Below the pieces are notes generated by a model. That model worked only from the letters and a program-made list of their open reading frames with translations, had not been told where the DNA came from and made no database searches. The translations under genes and the position numbers were made by a program. A stretch of DNA of 64,000 nucleotides, from the NCBI GenBank assembly GCA_040772305.1, contig JAXGYK010000002.1, forward strand, positions 187,887 through 251,886. Reading direction: 5' to 3'. This DNA is from Anaerolineaceae bacterium. Lineage in GTDB: Bacteria; Chloroflexota; Anaerolineae; Anaerolineales; Anaerolineaceae. Positions 18,278-27,897 of this stretch are shown here, piece after piece; position 1 is the first letter of the stretch; each line of letters begins with the position of its first letter.

Positions 18278-18514
18278 GTGGCTCGCAAAGCAAGAGAAGG
18301 TAAATACAAGATCAAGACTCATAAGGCTACGTCCAAACGCTTCCGTACCACAGGGTCCGGCATGGTCGTGCGCACTAAGATTGGTAAAGGTCACTTACGC
18401 CGCAATACGTCCAAACGGACAAAGTATATGCTGGCCAGGACTATTGCCGTCAAGACCACTGGCCTAACCCGGCATATCAAGCGTTTGTGCCCCTATATGA
18501 GCAAAAAGGACTAA
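18278..18514 (+). CDS. rpmI: 50S ribosomal protein L35
   Basis: KIKTHKATSKRFRTTGSG...HLRR motif. GTG start at 18278, 7 nt after SD AGAGGAG. Confidence 0.85.
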   Translation: MARKAREGKYKIKTHKATSKRFRTTGSGMVVRTKIGKGHLRRNTSKRTKYMLARTIAVKTTGLTRHIKRLCPYMSKKD

Positions 18515-18604
18515 AGACTGTCCTGTCGTTCCGTTTTATGTGTGGCTGCTGGGTGTATGCAACGAGGCCTGGCCTGACGCCCAGGGGACCGCAAAGGAGT
18601 AATT

Positions 18605-18952
18605 ATGGCAAGAGTAAAGAGTGGACCGTACCGCCGCCGCCGACATCAGCGGCTCATCGACCGCAACCGTGGTTATGAGGGTACCCGCAGTAAGCTGTTC
18701 AGACGTGCTAACGAGACCTTTTTAAGGGCTCAGTGGTATGCCTATGGAGATCGCCGCAACCGAAAGCGCGATTTGCGCCGTTTGTGGATTACACGGATTA
18801 ATGCTGCTGCCCGATTGAACGGCACAACGTACAGCAGGCTGATTGCCGCTATGCGCCAAGGCAATGTGGTGCTCAACCGTAAAATGCTGGCCGATTTGGC
18901 TGTGCGGGATGCCAAAGCATTTAGCAAGGTGGTCAGCGCCGTCGTAAAATAG
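18605..18952 (+). CDS. rplT: 50S ribosomal protein L20
   Basis: MARVKSGPYRRRRHQRL...GYEGTRSKLFRRANE is typical of L20, and it completes the infC-rpmI-rplT gene order. Confidence 0.95.
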   Translation: MARVKSGPYRRRRHQRLIDRNRGYEGTRSKLFRRANETFLRAQWYAYGDRRNRKRDLRRLWITRINAAARLNGTTYSRLIAAMRQGNVVLNRKMLADLAVRDAKAFSKVVSAVVK

Positions 18953-18975
18953 GCCGCTATCAATTGACTACTCAG

Positions 18976-19002
18976 GCCCTGGGAAAATCTCGGGGCTTTT
19001 TT
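18976..19002 (+). terminator. intrinsic terminator after rplT
   Basis: Stem GCCCTG/CGGGGC (one T:G wobble) with a 9-nt loop, followed by TTTTTT. Confidence 0.6.
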
Positions 19003-19079
19003 GATGATTGTTTCCAGGTTGTTGCTCAAACCAATATAGCAAATGATTGGTAAAATCGCAGGAGCTGAGGTGAGCATAT

Positions 19080-20393
19080 ATGATGAATACCCCTGTTAAA
19101 AACACTTTTAAATTGGATAAGCGCAGCTGGGTGGTGATGGCTGCACTGGCTGTTACCGGACAAATTGCCTGGGCAGTTGAAAACACCTGGTTTAACAGCT
19201 TTGTTTATGACACAATCACGCGCGATCCCCAGCCAATCGCAATTATGGTTGCAGCAAGCGCAATTGTGGCTACTCTCACTACCTTGTTTATTGGATCTCT
19301 TAGCGATCGCAGCCGCTCCAAGTGGGGCAGGCGGCGTCCTTTCATCGTAGTGGGCTATTTTTTCTGGGGCTTGATGACGGCTATATTTCCCATGGCGTCC
19401 TGGGCAAAATCGGTGAGCATAGCCGTAATTCTGGTGGTAAGCATTGATTGCCTGATGACCTTCTTTGGCTCAATGGCCAACGATGCAGCCTTTAATGCAT
19501 GGACTGCGGATATTACCCCGCCAAACCAGCGCGGAAGAGTTGAAGGTGTGCTGAATCTCAGCCTCTTTGTGGCTCAAATACTGTCTATGACGGCTGCAGG
19601 TATTTTGATTGATAAATTCGGATATTTCGCCTTTTTCTACGCTTTAGGAGGCATTGTTATGCTGGTAGGGCTTCTGGCTGGCACGCAGGTCCGGGAGGAG
19701 ATGCCAACAGTGCCCGAGGATGAACAGCCAGCCAGCGAACCATTCTTTCGATGGGCCTATTTGAGCGAGTACCGTCAGCTCTTTATCCTCTTCCTGGTTA
19801 TCATGCTGGCAGCAATAGGGATGAATGTTGCTTTCCCTTACCTGATTATTTACCTTGAGAATTTTATTGGCGTCAGTAAAAGCCAGTTTGCCGTTATCGG
19901 CGGGGGAATAATGCTCGTTTCGGGGTTATTAGCCATTCCTTTTGGGATTCTGGCGGATCGCTGGAACAAGAAATGGGTTCTGCTTGCTGCAATTATTGTT
20001 TCGGCAGCGGGTTGCTGGCTCTTTTCTTTGGTGCGCAGCGTGCCGATGCTTGCAGTGGCAGGAATTTTGTGGCAAGGTTTCTATGTGGCGGTTTCTATTG
20101 CCTCGGTCTCCTGGATGAAAGAATTGCTTCCGGCTGAAGCACGGGGTAAATTCCTGGGTATCCGCATGATCTTCTGGATTTTGATTCCAATGGTGATTGG
20201 CCCAGCGATTGGCTCGGCGCTGATCCGCGCCTTTGGTATACCTGCAACACTCAATGGAGAAGCAGGGTTTATTCCTGTTCCGGTCATCTTTCAGGCTTCG
20301 GCAGCAATTAGTCTGCTGGCTCTTATTCCCAGCTTTTTCCTAAAACCGGAAGCATCCAGCGCCGGCTTTGCCACTGATTTGGAGGATTCTTGA
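19080..20393 (+). CDS. MFS transporter (glycoside/sugar-type, GPH-like)
   Basis: 437 aa with about 12 TM helices. Motif DRSRSKWGRRRPF between TM2 and TM3. The stop overlaps the start of the downstream GH2 gene. Confidence 0.75.
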   Translation: MMNTPVKNTFKLDKRSWVVMAALAVTGQIAWAVENTWFNSFVYDTITRDPQPIAIMVAASAIVATLTTLFIGSLSDRSRSKWGRRRPFIVVGYFFWGLMTAIFPMASWAKSVSIAVILVVSIDCLMTFFGSMANDAAFNAWTADITPPNQRGRVEGVLNLSLFVAQILSMTAAGILIDKFGYFAFFYALGGIVMLVGLLAGTQVREEMPTVPEDEQPASEPFFRWAYLSEYRQLFILFLVIMLAAIGMNVAFPYLIIYLENFIGVSKSQFAVIGGGIMLVSGLLAIPFGILADRWNKKWVLLAAIIVSAAGCWLFSLVRSVPMLAVAGILWQGFYVAVSIASVSWMKELLPAEARGKFLGIRMIFWILIPMVIGPAIGSALIRAFGIPATLNGEAGFIPVPVIFQASAAISLLALIPSFFLKPEASSAGFATDLEDS

Positions 20394-22153
20394 AAAACCT
20401 TAGCAGCCCTTTCAAACCGGTTCTTCCGGTTCCCTTGCCCGAATATCCCCGGCCTCAGTTTGTGCGGCCAGATTGGATTAACCTGAATGGTTATTGGGAG
20501 TATGCTATCCGGCCTGAAAACGGCCCCATGCCTCAAAAATATGACGGGCAAATTTTGGTTCCTTTTTGTGTTGAAAGTGCGCTCTCAGGGGTGCAGCGTG
20601 CTTTGCTGCCCAATGAAAAGCTCTGGTACCGACGCAGCTTTGAAGTACCTGCTCTAAAAGAGCAGCGTCTGCTTTTGCATTTTGGGGCTGTTGATCACAG
20701 TTGTGAGCTTTGGCTTAATGGAGAAAAACTTGGCAGTCACACAGGCGGCTTTTTACCATTCAGCTTTGATATTACGCTTCAGGCGAAGCCTGGCCAAAAC
20801 GAATTGATTCTGGCAGTGCAGGACCCCAGCGACAGTGGCCTCCAACAGCGCGGAAAACAAGTTCTTAAACCAGGCGGAATCTGGTATACAGCCAGTTCTG
20901 GCATTTGGCAAACCGTATGGCTGGAAATGGTGCCGGAAAGTTACCTGAATTCCGTAAAAATGACGCCGAACTTAGCAGCTGAAGAACTTGGCTTAAGCGT
21001 TCAGGTTTTTGGAAAGAAAGATGAGCTGCTGAATTGGCGTGCCGTAGCAAGTATTGATGGAGAAGAAATTGCCCGGGGACATGCCCAAGTGGATGAAGGT
21101 ATCCATCTAAAAATTTCTAATCCCAGGCTCTGGAGCCCGGTTTCACCAAGCCTGTATGATTTGGAATTAACGCTTTATCGCGGTGATATGCAGATAGACC
21201 GTGTGCAATCTTATTTTGCGATGCGTTCCTTTGGGAAGGTACGCGATGCGCAAGGTTATTGGCGCTTTGCCCTTAATGGCAAGCCCTTGTTTTTGTTTGG
21301 CCCGCTCGACCAGGGTTATTGGCCTGAAAGTTTGATCACGCCTCCCAGTGAAGAGGCGATCTTGTTTGACCTGGAGTATTCCAAGGCGATTGGATGCAAT
21401 ATGGTGCGCAAGCACTGTAAAGTGGAGCCTCTACGTTACTATGCAGCCTGTGACCGCCTGGGCTTAATTGTTTGGCAGGATATGCCTAACGGCGGCTACA
21501 AATACCCTGATGCGATGGCTGTTATTACCATGTTTACCGGTTTGCACCGTAACGACCGTACCGCTCTTGGAAGATATGGACGCGGCGATACCGCAAACCG
21601 CAAAGCTTTCTTGGAAGAGTTACTGGGTATGGTTGAACACTTGTACAATGTTCCCAGTTTAGGGGTTTGGGTTCCGTTTAATGAGGCCTGGGGGCAGTTC
21701 GAAGCGATTAAGGTGAGCAATTGGCTCAAGGAGCTGGATCCAAGCCGGCTGGTGGATCATGCCAGCGGCTGGTTTGACCAGGGGGGCGGCGACTTCCAAA
21801 GCCGCCATGTGTACGTTAAACCTTTATCGGCGCGCCAGCCCGACGAACGCATCCTGGCTGTCACTGAATTTGGCGGCTACAGTCTCAAAAATCCTGGCCA
21901 TGACTGGGATGAGCAGAAAACCTTTGGGTATAAGTTGGTGAAATCTAAGGAAGCATTGATGAGGAGCTACACAAAGCTGATTACAGCCCAGTTGATGCCT
22001 CTGATCCCAAAAGGAATGTCAGCCGCGATTTATACCCAGCTTAGCGATGTTGAAACAGAGACAAACGGGTATTTGAGCTATGACCGAAAAGTGATAAAAA
22101 TGCCCTCGGAAGATTTAAAGGCATTGCACGACCGTCTGACTGCGGCCTTATAA
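20390..22153 (+). CDS. glycoside hydrolase family 2 protein
   Basis: GH2 sugar-binding N-terminus (WYRRSF...LHFGAVDHSCELWLNGEKLGSHTGGFLPFSFDIT) and a TIM-barrel region (NMVRKH..., WVPFNEAWGQ). TTG start in a TTGA overlap with the MFS stop. SD GGAGGA. Confidence 0.8.
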   Translation: MKNLSSPFKPVLPVPLPEYPRPQFVRPDWINLNGYWEYAIRPENGPMPQKYDGQILVPFCVESALSGVQRALLPNEKLWYRRSFEVPALKEQRLLLHFGAVDHSCELWLNGEKLGSHTGGFLPFSFDITLQAKPGQNELILAVQDPSDSGLQQRGKQVLKPGGIWYTASSGIWQTVWLEMVPESYLNSVKMTPNLAAEELGLSVQVFGKKDELLNWRAVASIDGEEIARGHAQVDEGIHLKISNPRLWSPVSPSLYDLELTLYRGDMQIDRVQSYFAMRSFGKVRDAQGYWRFALNGKPLFLFGPLDQGYWPESLITPPSEEAILFDLEYSKAIGCNMVRKHCKVEPLRYYAACDRLGLIVWQDMPNGGYKYPDAMAVITMFTGLHRNDRTALGRYGRGDTANRKAFLEELLGMVEHLYNVPSLGVWVPFNEAWGQFEAIKVSNWLKELDPSRLVDHASGWFDQGGGDFQSRHVYVKPLSARQPDERILAVTEFGGYSLKNPGHDWDEQKTFGYKLVKSKEALMRSYTKLITAQLMPLIPKGMSAAIYTQLSDVETETNGYLSYDRKVIKMPSEDLKALHDRLTAAL

Positions 22154-22230
22154 GCCAGCAATAAAAGACAATAGAGCGGTGATTGACCTTGCAGGGCAAG
22201 CTACGGAAAAGCCCTGCAAGATCTATTTAT

Positions 22231-25200
22231 TTAGGGATTGAGCGTAGGCAAAATAAGGGGTTGATTAATAGGCCCAGGTTGCTCAAGCGGGGCTTCTGCG
22301 GGGTTGGGCTGCACTGGTGCGGGAGGGCTAAAGCCCAGCAAGAGATTGCTGCTGGCATCGGATACCCAAATAAGCCCATCCTGACCAAGCGCAATACCGC
22401 TGATAACACCCATCGCATAATCGTTGTCAAAACCGCCCCAAAGCTGCAGGAAGTTCCCATCCTTGTCAAAACGGATGATGCGTCCAAAGTCGGGATCGGT
22501 AATGTAGACATTTTGATGGTCATCCAAATTAATAAAAGGCTTATTATCCAGAGATTCGCTGGTCCAGGCCTGAACCTCCCAGCTGAGTTTGCTCCTAAAG
22601 CTGCCGTCACTTAGCCGTTCAAAGGCTTGAACACGATTATTCCAGGTGTCGGCGATATATATGGTACCGTCCTTGGCAATGGTAATGCCAACAGGTTCGT
22701 CCAATTTACCGAGCTCCATTCCGCGCCCGCCAAACTGGTTCAGGTAGCGGCCCTGGGAATCAAAGAGCACTACGCGTTGCTTGCCAGTATCGGTAACATA
22801 AAGGATTCCATTGGGGTCGACAGCGATATCCCGCGGTCCCCAAAAGCCATCCAAGCTGATCAGTCCACTGTCGAAACTGTTCCACATCCTTAAAAAGGCG
22901 CCATCTTTATCAAATACCTGTATGCGGTGGTTCCAGGTATCGGCTACATAGACCAGGCCTTGGTCATCAACAGCCAACCCCCATGGTTCGTTAAAGAAAC
23001 CGCCTGCACTCGCTGCATCCCCATAACTGCCCCATGCGTTCAAAAACTTACCGGTACCATCCAGATGGACAATGCGATGATTGCGTGAATCTGCCACATA
23101 AAAGCTACCGTCTGGGCCCTGGGCTATTCCCCGCGGCGAGTTAAAAGGTGTGTCTCCCGCTAAGTTGATAATCCGCTCAGGGGTCAAACTAATGGTTCCT
23201 GCTGCGTAGGGATTGGGTTCGGGTTCGGAAGCCTGGATTGGAACACCATACTCCCAGATCTTTGCGGCCACGTCTTTACGAATAAAAAGCTTGGCCATAT
23301 CACTTGGAGACCAGGTAGCAAGCGTAAGATCCGTTCGGCCTGTGGCGGCAGCATATTTGGTATAGTCGCGGTCGTACCAAATGCTCCAAAGAGCAGAACG
23401 CATCACAGGGTCACTAAAGGCCTTCCAAACTGTGCTGAGGGTCTGGTTCCGATAGACTTCGGTTGGCCACCACATGCGGTGATAGGTGTATTCATAATAC
23501 TGATCCTGTACTACTGGACGAATCTTGTCGAAGTTGGATGTTCCCACCATGATAATTGGGTAATCCCGCAGGTCTTTGGTGATATCACTGGCAAATAAAC
23601 GCGCATTTGGATAATCGCGGGCATACCACCAGAATGGGTAGCGTACATTGTCGTCGTAGGCAAATTTCACAGACAAATCCCCGTACAGGCGCTTAGAAAT
23701 CGTTTCGATCTGTTCCAGAGCGTCCTTCATGTCGCGGGTTGAGTGAGCATAAACCAAAAACTCTTTGGCGTTGTCGTAGTTGATGTAGGCTGCTCGCCAG
23801 GCTGTACGAGCGGTTTGCACGCCTAAAAGGGCAAAAATGACACAAGTTGCCAATTTAAGCACCTGGATGACCTTCCAGCCCCGCAGTAAGCGCCAAAGAA
23901 CAAAAGCGCTGACCAGGCTCCCGAAAGCCGCCATAAGAAACTGGCTGGTGGCTTGAAGCTGGGGCAGCTCTTTCCCTTGAAGCGGCGGCGTGTTGCCCGT
24001 TAGTGATGCAATCAGGTTGATGAATGCAATGGTGAAGATAAAGCCTGCTGCGATTACCAGCCCCGGGTTTTTTTGACGTAAGGCCTGCCAGTTGTTTTGG
24101 GTAATCAGGTACCCGAGAATGTAGCCAGTTGTAAGAATCATGGGCATGGTGATGTGCGTGGTAAGCCAGGGCATGCGTTCGCCGGCGATGGTAAAGGCAA
24201 GTAGGCTCATCAGCGACCAATAAACGCAAAGGGCAAGGATGGGCAAGCCCAGGCTGGAGCCTTGCGTTTCTGGGGCGGGGCTTATCCATCGAGCCAACCA
24301 ATCCGGAGTTTGAGAACCGGATGATTCGTCGGAAGGCTGCTCTGCGAGGTCTTGCTGGACGGTAACCCCATGCTCGCTTTCAGTTTGCTCTGGGCCCATA
24401 GAATCGGTTAATTCCGTGGTATCCAAGCCGGAAGGCTCAGGCTCTCTCTTTGCAGCTGAAATAAAGACCCTGTGGGGATCTGTGCTAAAAATGCGCTGAC
24501 GCAAGCCAATCCCGATAGCAAGAAGCAAACCCAAAGCGGGCAGGTATTCGTACATGGGTACTTGGAGAAAGGCATAATAATACAGGGGTTGAGTACCACG
24601 TACCACGTTCTGCTGACTCATCCAATATGCTAAGGCACCAACGATTCCTTTGAAGAATCCTTCCCCATGCATAAAGAAGGTTGAATAAAAGAGAATAAAG
24701 ATTATCCAAAACATGGCTGCTGACCGCAGCCAGACTTTTTTGTTCCACAACAGGCCCAGCACAAAGGCCAGGCTGCTAAGAATGGCAAATGTAACCAAGG
24801 AGGCAATTATTGTTTGGCTAGCCAATGGGTTGTCATGCTTATAGAGTCCCAGCGCGACTACTGGCAAGGCTGTCAGTAAGGGCAGCACTAAAAGGCTTTG
24901 CAGTGCAAGGAGGTCAAAGCTGCGACTGCGGCGCAGGCGTTGGATGCCCAGGTCTTTCAAAATCAAAACGAGCATTACAAGTCCCAGGAGCACAAAAGCT
25001 CCGCCTGCAAGCAAAACCGGGATACTGGTTGCCCAAATGTGGACAGGATCAGGTCTGGGCTGTCCGGCTGGTATATTGATGCCCGGCGGGGTGAGGCTTA
25101 TCTTGACCATATACAGCAGGATCATTACGGCCAGACAGATTGCAGCAAAGGGGAAAAGCGTAGCTACAAGATTCTTTTTGTGCTGGTCTTTCCAATCCCA

Positions 25201-25851
25201 GCTAAGGACTTCGCGTACGGTTAGCACCAGCAAAAAGAGCATTGCTTCTGCGGTAAAAATATAGGCAGTTGCTTTATCGGTATAGTGCATGGCTGTAATG
25301 AAGGTAAGCCAATACAGCCACTTGCGCTGTCCGTCTTCCAAATAACGCAAGAATAACCATAGCATTACAAGGCCCCAGAAGACAATAAAGATTTCGTTGC
25401 GGGTATAGCGACTGTAAAAGAGAATGTATGGTGAGATCGAAAAAAGAAGCCCGCCGATTAATGAACCTACCCGGCCAAGGTAGCGCTTCCAGGCGAAAAG
25501 CGTAAAAGCTACGACAGCGACGCCAAAAACAGCTGCTGGAACCCGAGCCGAAAAGTCGGATTCGCCAAAGAGAAAATAGCTGAATGCCAATGCATGGAAT
25601 TGAAAAGGTCCATGGGTAACCGGATCGTAGACATAACTGCTAAAGTTATGCGCAGGCACTACGTGATTGACTTCGTCGTGGCTCATTGTGCGGGCGCCCA
25701 GGTCATAAAAACGGGTTATGATCGTTAGCACCAGGATAAGCCCAACTAATAACTGGTAATAGCTGAGCTTAGGCCAAAACGAAAACACAGGCCGGTCAAG
25801 AAGGCTGGCAGATGCGCGTGGCATTTTTGCTGATGAAGGCTCGGACTGCAT
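22231..25851 (-). CDS. GT-C-fold (family 39/ArnT-like, TIGR03663-like) polytopic membrane glycosyltransferase fused to a C-terminal NHL-repeat beta-propeller
   Basis: The N-terminal ~700 aa carry many TM helices. The C-terminal ~330 aa carry about 6 NHL-type repeats (PRGIAQGPDGSFYVADSRNHRIVHLD, PWGLAVDDQGLVYVADTWNHRIQVFD, PVGITIAKDGTIYIADTWNNRVQAFE and others). Confidence 0.7.
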   Translation of the reverse strand: MQSEPSSAKMPRASASLLDRPVFSFWPKLSYYQLLVGLILVLTIITRFYDLGARTMSHDEVNHVVPAHNFSSYVYDPVTHGPFQFHALAFSYFLFGESDFSARVPAAVFGVAVVAFTLFAWKRYLGRVGSLIGGLLFSISPYILFYSRYTRNEIFIVFWGLVMLWLFLRYLEDGQRKWLYWLTFITAMHYTDKATAYIFTAEAMLFLLVLTVREVLSWDWKDQHKKNLVATLFPFAAICLAVMILLYMVKISLTPPGINIPAGQPRPDPVHIWATSIPVLLAGGAFVLLGLVMLVLILKDLGIQRLRRSRSFDLLALQSLLVLPLLTALPVVALGLYKHDNPLASQTIIASLVTFAILSSLAFVLGLLWNKKVWLRSAAMFWIIFILFYSTFFMHGEGFFKGIVGALAYWMSQQNVVRGTQPLYYYAFLQVPMYEYLPALGLLLAIGIGLRQRIFSTDPHRVFISAAKREPEPSGLDTTELTDSMGPEQTESEHGVTVQQDLAEQPSDESSGSQTPDWLARWISPAPETQGSSLGLPILALCVYWSLMSLLAFTIAGERMPWLTTHITMPMILTTGYILGYLITQNNWQALRQKNPGLVIAAGFIFTIAFINLIASLTGNTPPLQGKELPQLQATSQFLMAAFGSLVSAFVLWRLLRGWKVIQVLKLATCVIFALLGVQTARTAWRAAYINYDNAKEFLVYAHSTRDMKDALEQIETISKRLYGDLSVKFAYDDNVRYPFWWYARDYPNARLFASDITKDLRDYPIIMVGTSNFDKIRPVVQDQYYEYTYHRMWWPTEVYRNQTLSTVWKAFSDPVMRSALWSIWYDRDYTKYAAATGRTDLTLATWSPSDMAKLFIRKDVAAKIWEYGVPIQASEPEPNPYAAGTISLTPERIINLAGDTPFNSPRGIAQGPDGSFYVADSRNHRIVHLDGTGKFLNAWGSYGDAASAGGFFNEPWGLAVDDQGLVYVADTWNHRIQVFDKDGAFLRMWNSFDSGLISLDGFWGPRDIAVDPNGILYVTDTGKQRVVLFDSQGRYLNQFGGRGMELGKLDEPVGITIAKDGTIYIADTWNNRVQAFERLSDGSFRSKLSWEVQAWTSESLDNKPFINLDDHQNVYITDPDFGRIIRFDKDGNFLQLWGGFDNDYAMGVISGIALGQDGLIWVSDASSNLLLGFSPPAPVQPNPAEAPLEQPGPINQPLILPTLNP

Positions 25852-25912
25852 GAAAACTCCAAGACAATTATTGCTAAAACTATACTTGCAAGTTCGGCGA
25901 CTTGCAAGCTAA

Positions 25913-26659
25913 ATGAAGCAGGAGAAACCATCGGGTACAATTGCGGCCATGCATAAACGCCTTACACATAGTGTAGCGCTCCTGCTCGCTCTCGTGCTTG
26001 GAATGTCCAGCTGCAGCTTCCCTTTTTTGAAGCCCAGCGAAGAAGAAAGCCTGGAAGCTACCCAAACTTCCTTAGCCAGTTTTCAAACAGCTATTGTGCT
26101 AGTAAGTCAAGAGGCATTGCTTACACAAGCAGCCCAAGTGATGCCGGGGGATACCGCAACTCCGCCACCTGTCCCCACGCTCACCGAACCGCCAACCGCA
26201 ATTCCTACTATTGTGCGTACGCCAACGCTGGACCTGAGCGGCTTGGTGACCATGACACCTATGGGTATGTGTAATGCAGCCAGCGCAGGACAACCTTTTG
26301 ATATCACCATTCCTGATGGCAGTATGGTTTTACCAGGACAACGATTTGAAAAAGTATGGCGTTTAGTGAACAGCGGAACATGTACCTGGACACGTCTTTA
26401 TAAGCTGGTGTTTTACTCCCAAAACCCAATGGGTGCCTACCAGGAACAACTCTTTGGAGGCGAGGTTCAACCCGGGCAGGCAGTTGACCTAAAGGTTCAG
26501 TTTGTGGCACCGCTTGAGCCCGGAGAGTACCAGAGCAACTGGATGCTTATGGATGCCGATCAAAACCTTTTTGGTGTTGGAACCTGGGCCGATTCTCCGT
26601 TTTGGGTTGCTGTAACTGTGGTTGAGGAATTGCCGGCAGATGCAACCCCTGTGAATTGA
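25913..26659 (+). CDS. secreted/lipoprotein with Pro/Thr linker and NBR1-like Ig-fold domain
   Basis: Signal peptide with Cys (ALLLALVLGMSSCS), a PT-rich linker, and a C-terminal FEKVWRLVNSGTCTW...GEYQSNWMLMD pattern typical of Nbr1_FW-like domains. Confidence 0.5.
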   Translation: MKQEKPSGTIAAMHKRLTHSVALLLALVLGMSSCSFPFLKPSEEESLEATQTSLASFQTAIVLVSQEALLTQAAQVMPGDTATPPPVPTLTEPPTAIPTIVRTPTLDLSGLVTMTPMGMCNAASAGQPFDITIPDGSMVLPGQRFEKVWRLVNSGTCTWTRLYKLVFYSQNPMGAYQEQLFGGEVQPGQAVDLKVQFVAPLEPGEYQSNWMLMDADQNLFGVGTWADSPFWVAVTVVEELPADATPVN

Positions 26660-26671
26660 AAAGGAGCTGAC

Positions 26672-27718
26672 ATGAAGAATAAAAATCCGCTTGATCCTGA
26701 AGATATGCTTAGCTATATCGACCGTATGGCTGATGATTTGGAACTGGGTTGGGAAAAGGGCCAGACTTTCCCCTTGCAGATTCCGGGGAAGATTAAGGCA
26801 GTCATTGTTGCCGGGATGGGCGGCAGTGCCATTGCAGGCGATATGATCGCTAAGAGTTTGAGTGAGCAATTAAAGATCGCGGTTGTTTCCCATCGCGATT
26901 ATGGGCTTCCTGCCTGGGCAAGCGGACAGGACGTTTTGGTAATATGTTCCTCGCACTCGGGGAACACTGAGGAAACTCTGACGGCTTACGATGCGGCTCT
27001 GGCTCAAAATTGCAGCGTACTCGCCTTGACGACTGGCGGGAAATTGTCCCAAAAAGCGAATCAGGATGGAAAATTACTTTGGCAGTTCCAGCATCTTGGC
27101 CAGCCCAGAACGGCTTTGCCTCTGGTCTATGGGCTCTTAGCTGCCATGCTGCAGCGCCTGGGATTAATCATTGGGGAAATTGAACCAAGCATTCACGATG
27201 CGACAGCAACGCTTCGCGATGAAGCTCCGCATCTCACAGCGGCCAGTGGTATCGCTCAAAACCCAGCCCGTCGTTTGGCAGGGCAGCTGCTGGAGCGGTC
27301 GGTAACCATATTTGCTGCCGGGGACAATGAGGTGATTGCGCGGCGCTGGAAGACGCAAATTAATGAACTAGCCAAAGCCGTAGCGGCTTTTGAAGCTTTG
27401 CCGGAGATGAATCATAATACCTTGGCAGGTCTGGAATATCCGGAAAAACTTTTGGAATCTTCCTTTGCCGTGTTTTTACGCAGTGCAAGTGATAACCCGC
27501 GCAATGCGCTGCGTTTGGAGTATAGCCAGCAAGCTTGTATGCAAGCGGGAATGGGTGTGGATGCAGTATGGGGCAGGGGAAAAAGCCGTTTGGCACAGAT
27601 GTGGAGCCTGGTGCAGTTTGGTGATTATCTCTCCTACTACATGGCCCTGCAATATGGTGTAGACCCTACACCGGTTGCAGCTCTTGGCCGTTTGAAAGAA
27701 TATCTTGCTGGTAAATAG
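26672..27718 (+). CDS. bifunctional phosphoglucose/phosphomannose isomerase (SIS domains)
   Basis: 348 aa. SIS motif VIVAGMGGSAIAGD and SHSGNTEET, and a C-terminus typical of the archaeal/bacterial PGI/PMI family. Confidence 0.75.
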   Translation: MKNKNPLDPEDMLSYIDRMADDLELGWEKGQTFPLQIPGKIKAVIVAGMGGSAIAGDMIAKSLSEQLKIAVVSHRDYGLPAWASGQDVLVICSSHSGNTEETLTAYDAALAQNCSVLALTTGGKLSQKANQDGKLLWQFQHLGQPRTALPLVYGLLAAMLQRLGLIIGEIEPSIHDATATLRDEAPHLTAASGIAQNPARRLAGQLLERSVTIFAAGDNEVIARRWKTQINELAKAVAAFEALPEMNHNTLAGLEYPEKLLESSFAVFLRSASDNPRNALRLEYSQQACMQAGMGVDAVWGRGKSRLAQMWSLVQFGDYLSYYMALQYGVDPTPVAALGRLKEYLAGK

Positions 27719-27765
27719 TAGCGTAATTAGTGGTCTAGTTCTGATATAATAGGCGCCTGTCGCTT

Positions 27766-27851
27766 GGAGAGGTCGCATAGTTGGTCGAGTGCGCTCGCTT
27801 GGAAAGCGAGTATACCGAAAGGTATCGCGGGTTCGAATCCCGCCCTCTCCG
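27766..27851 (+). tRNA. tRNA-Ser (anticodon GGA), type II with long variable arm
   Basis: Acceptor GGAGAGG/CCTCTCC+G, anticodon stem CTCGC/GCGAG with loop TTGGAAA, variable arm TATACCGAAAGGTATC, and T arm GCGGG-TTCGAAT-CCCGC. Confidence 0.9.
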
Positions 27852-27859
27852 CTGAGCTG

Positions 27860-27888
27860 AGGCTGGTGCAAGCTGTACCAGCCTTTTT
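27860..27888 (+). terminator. intrinsic terminator after tRNA-Ser
   Basis: AGGCTGGT/ACCAGCCT stem with a 9-nt loop, followed by TTTTT. Confidence 0.75.
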
Positions 27889-27897
27889 GTAATTATG

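Noticed and set aside
22183-22614. 143-aa (+) and 127-aa (-) ORFs at the 3' end of the 1206-aa gene
   Set aside because: Both overlap the NHL-repeat coding region of the large minus-strand gene in other frames. They are shadow ORFs.
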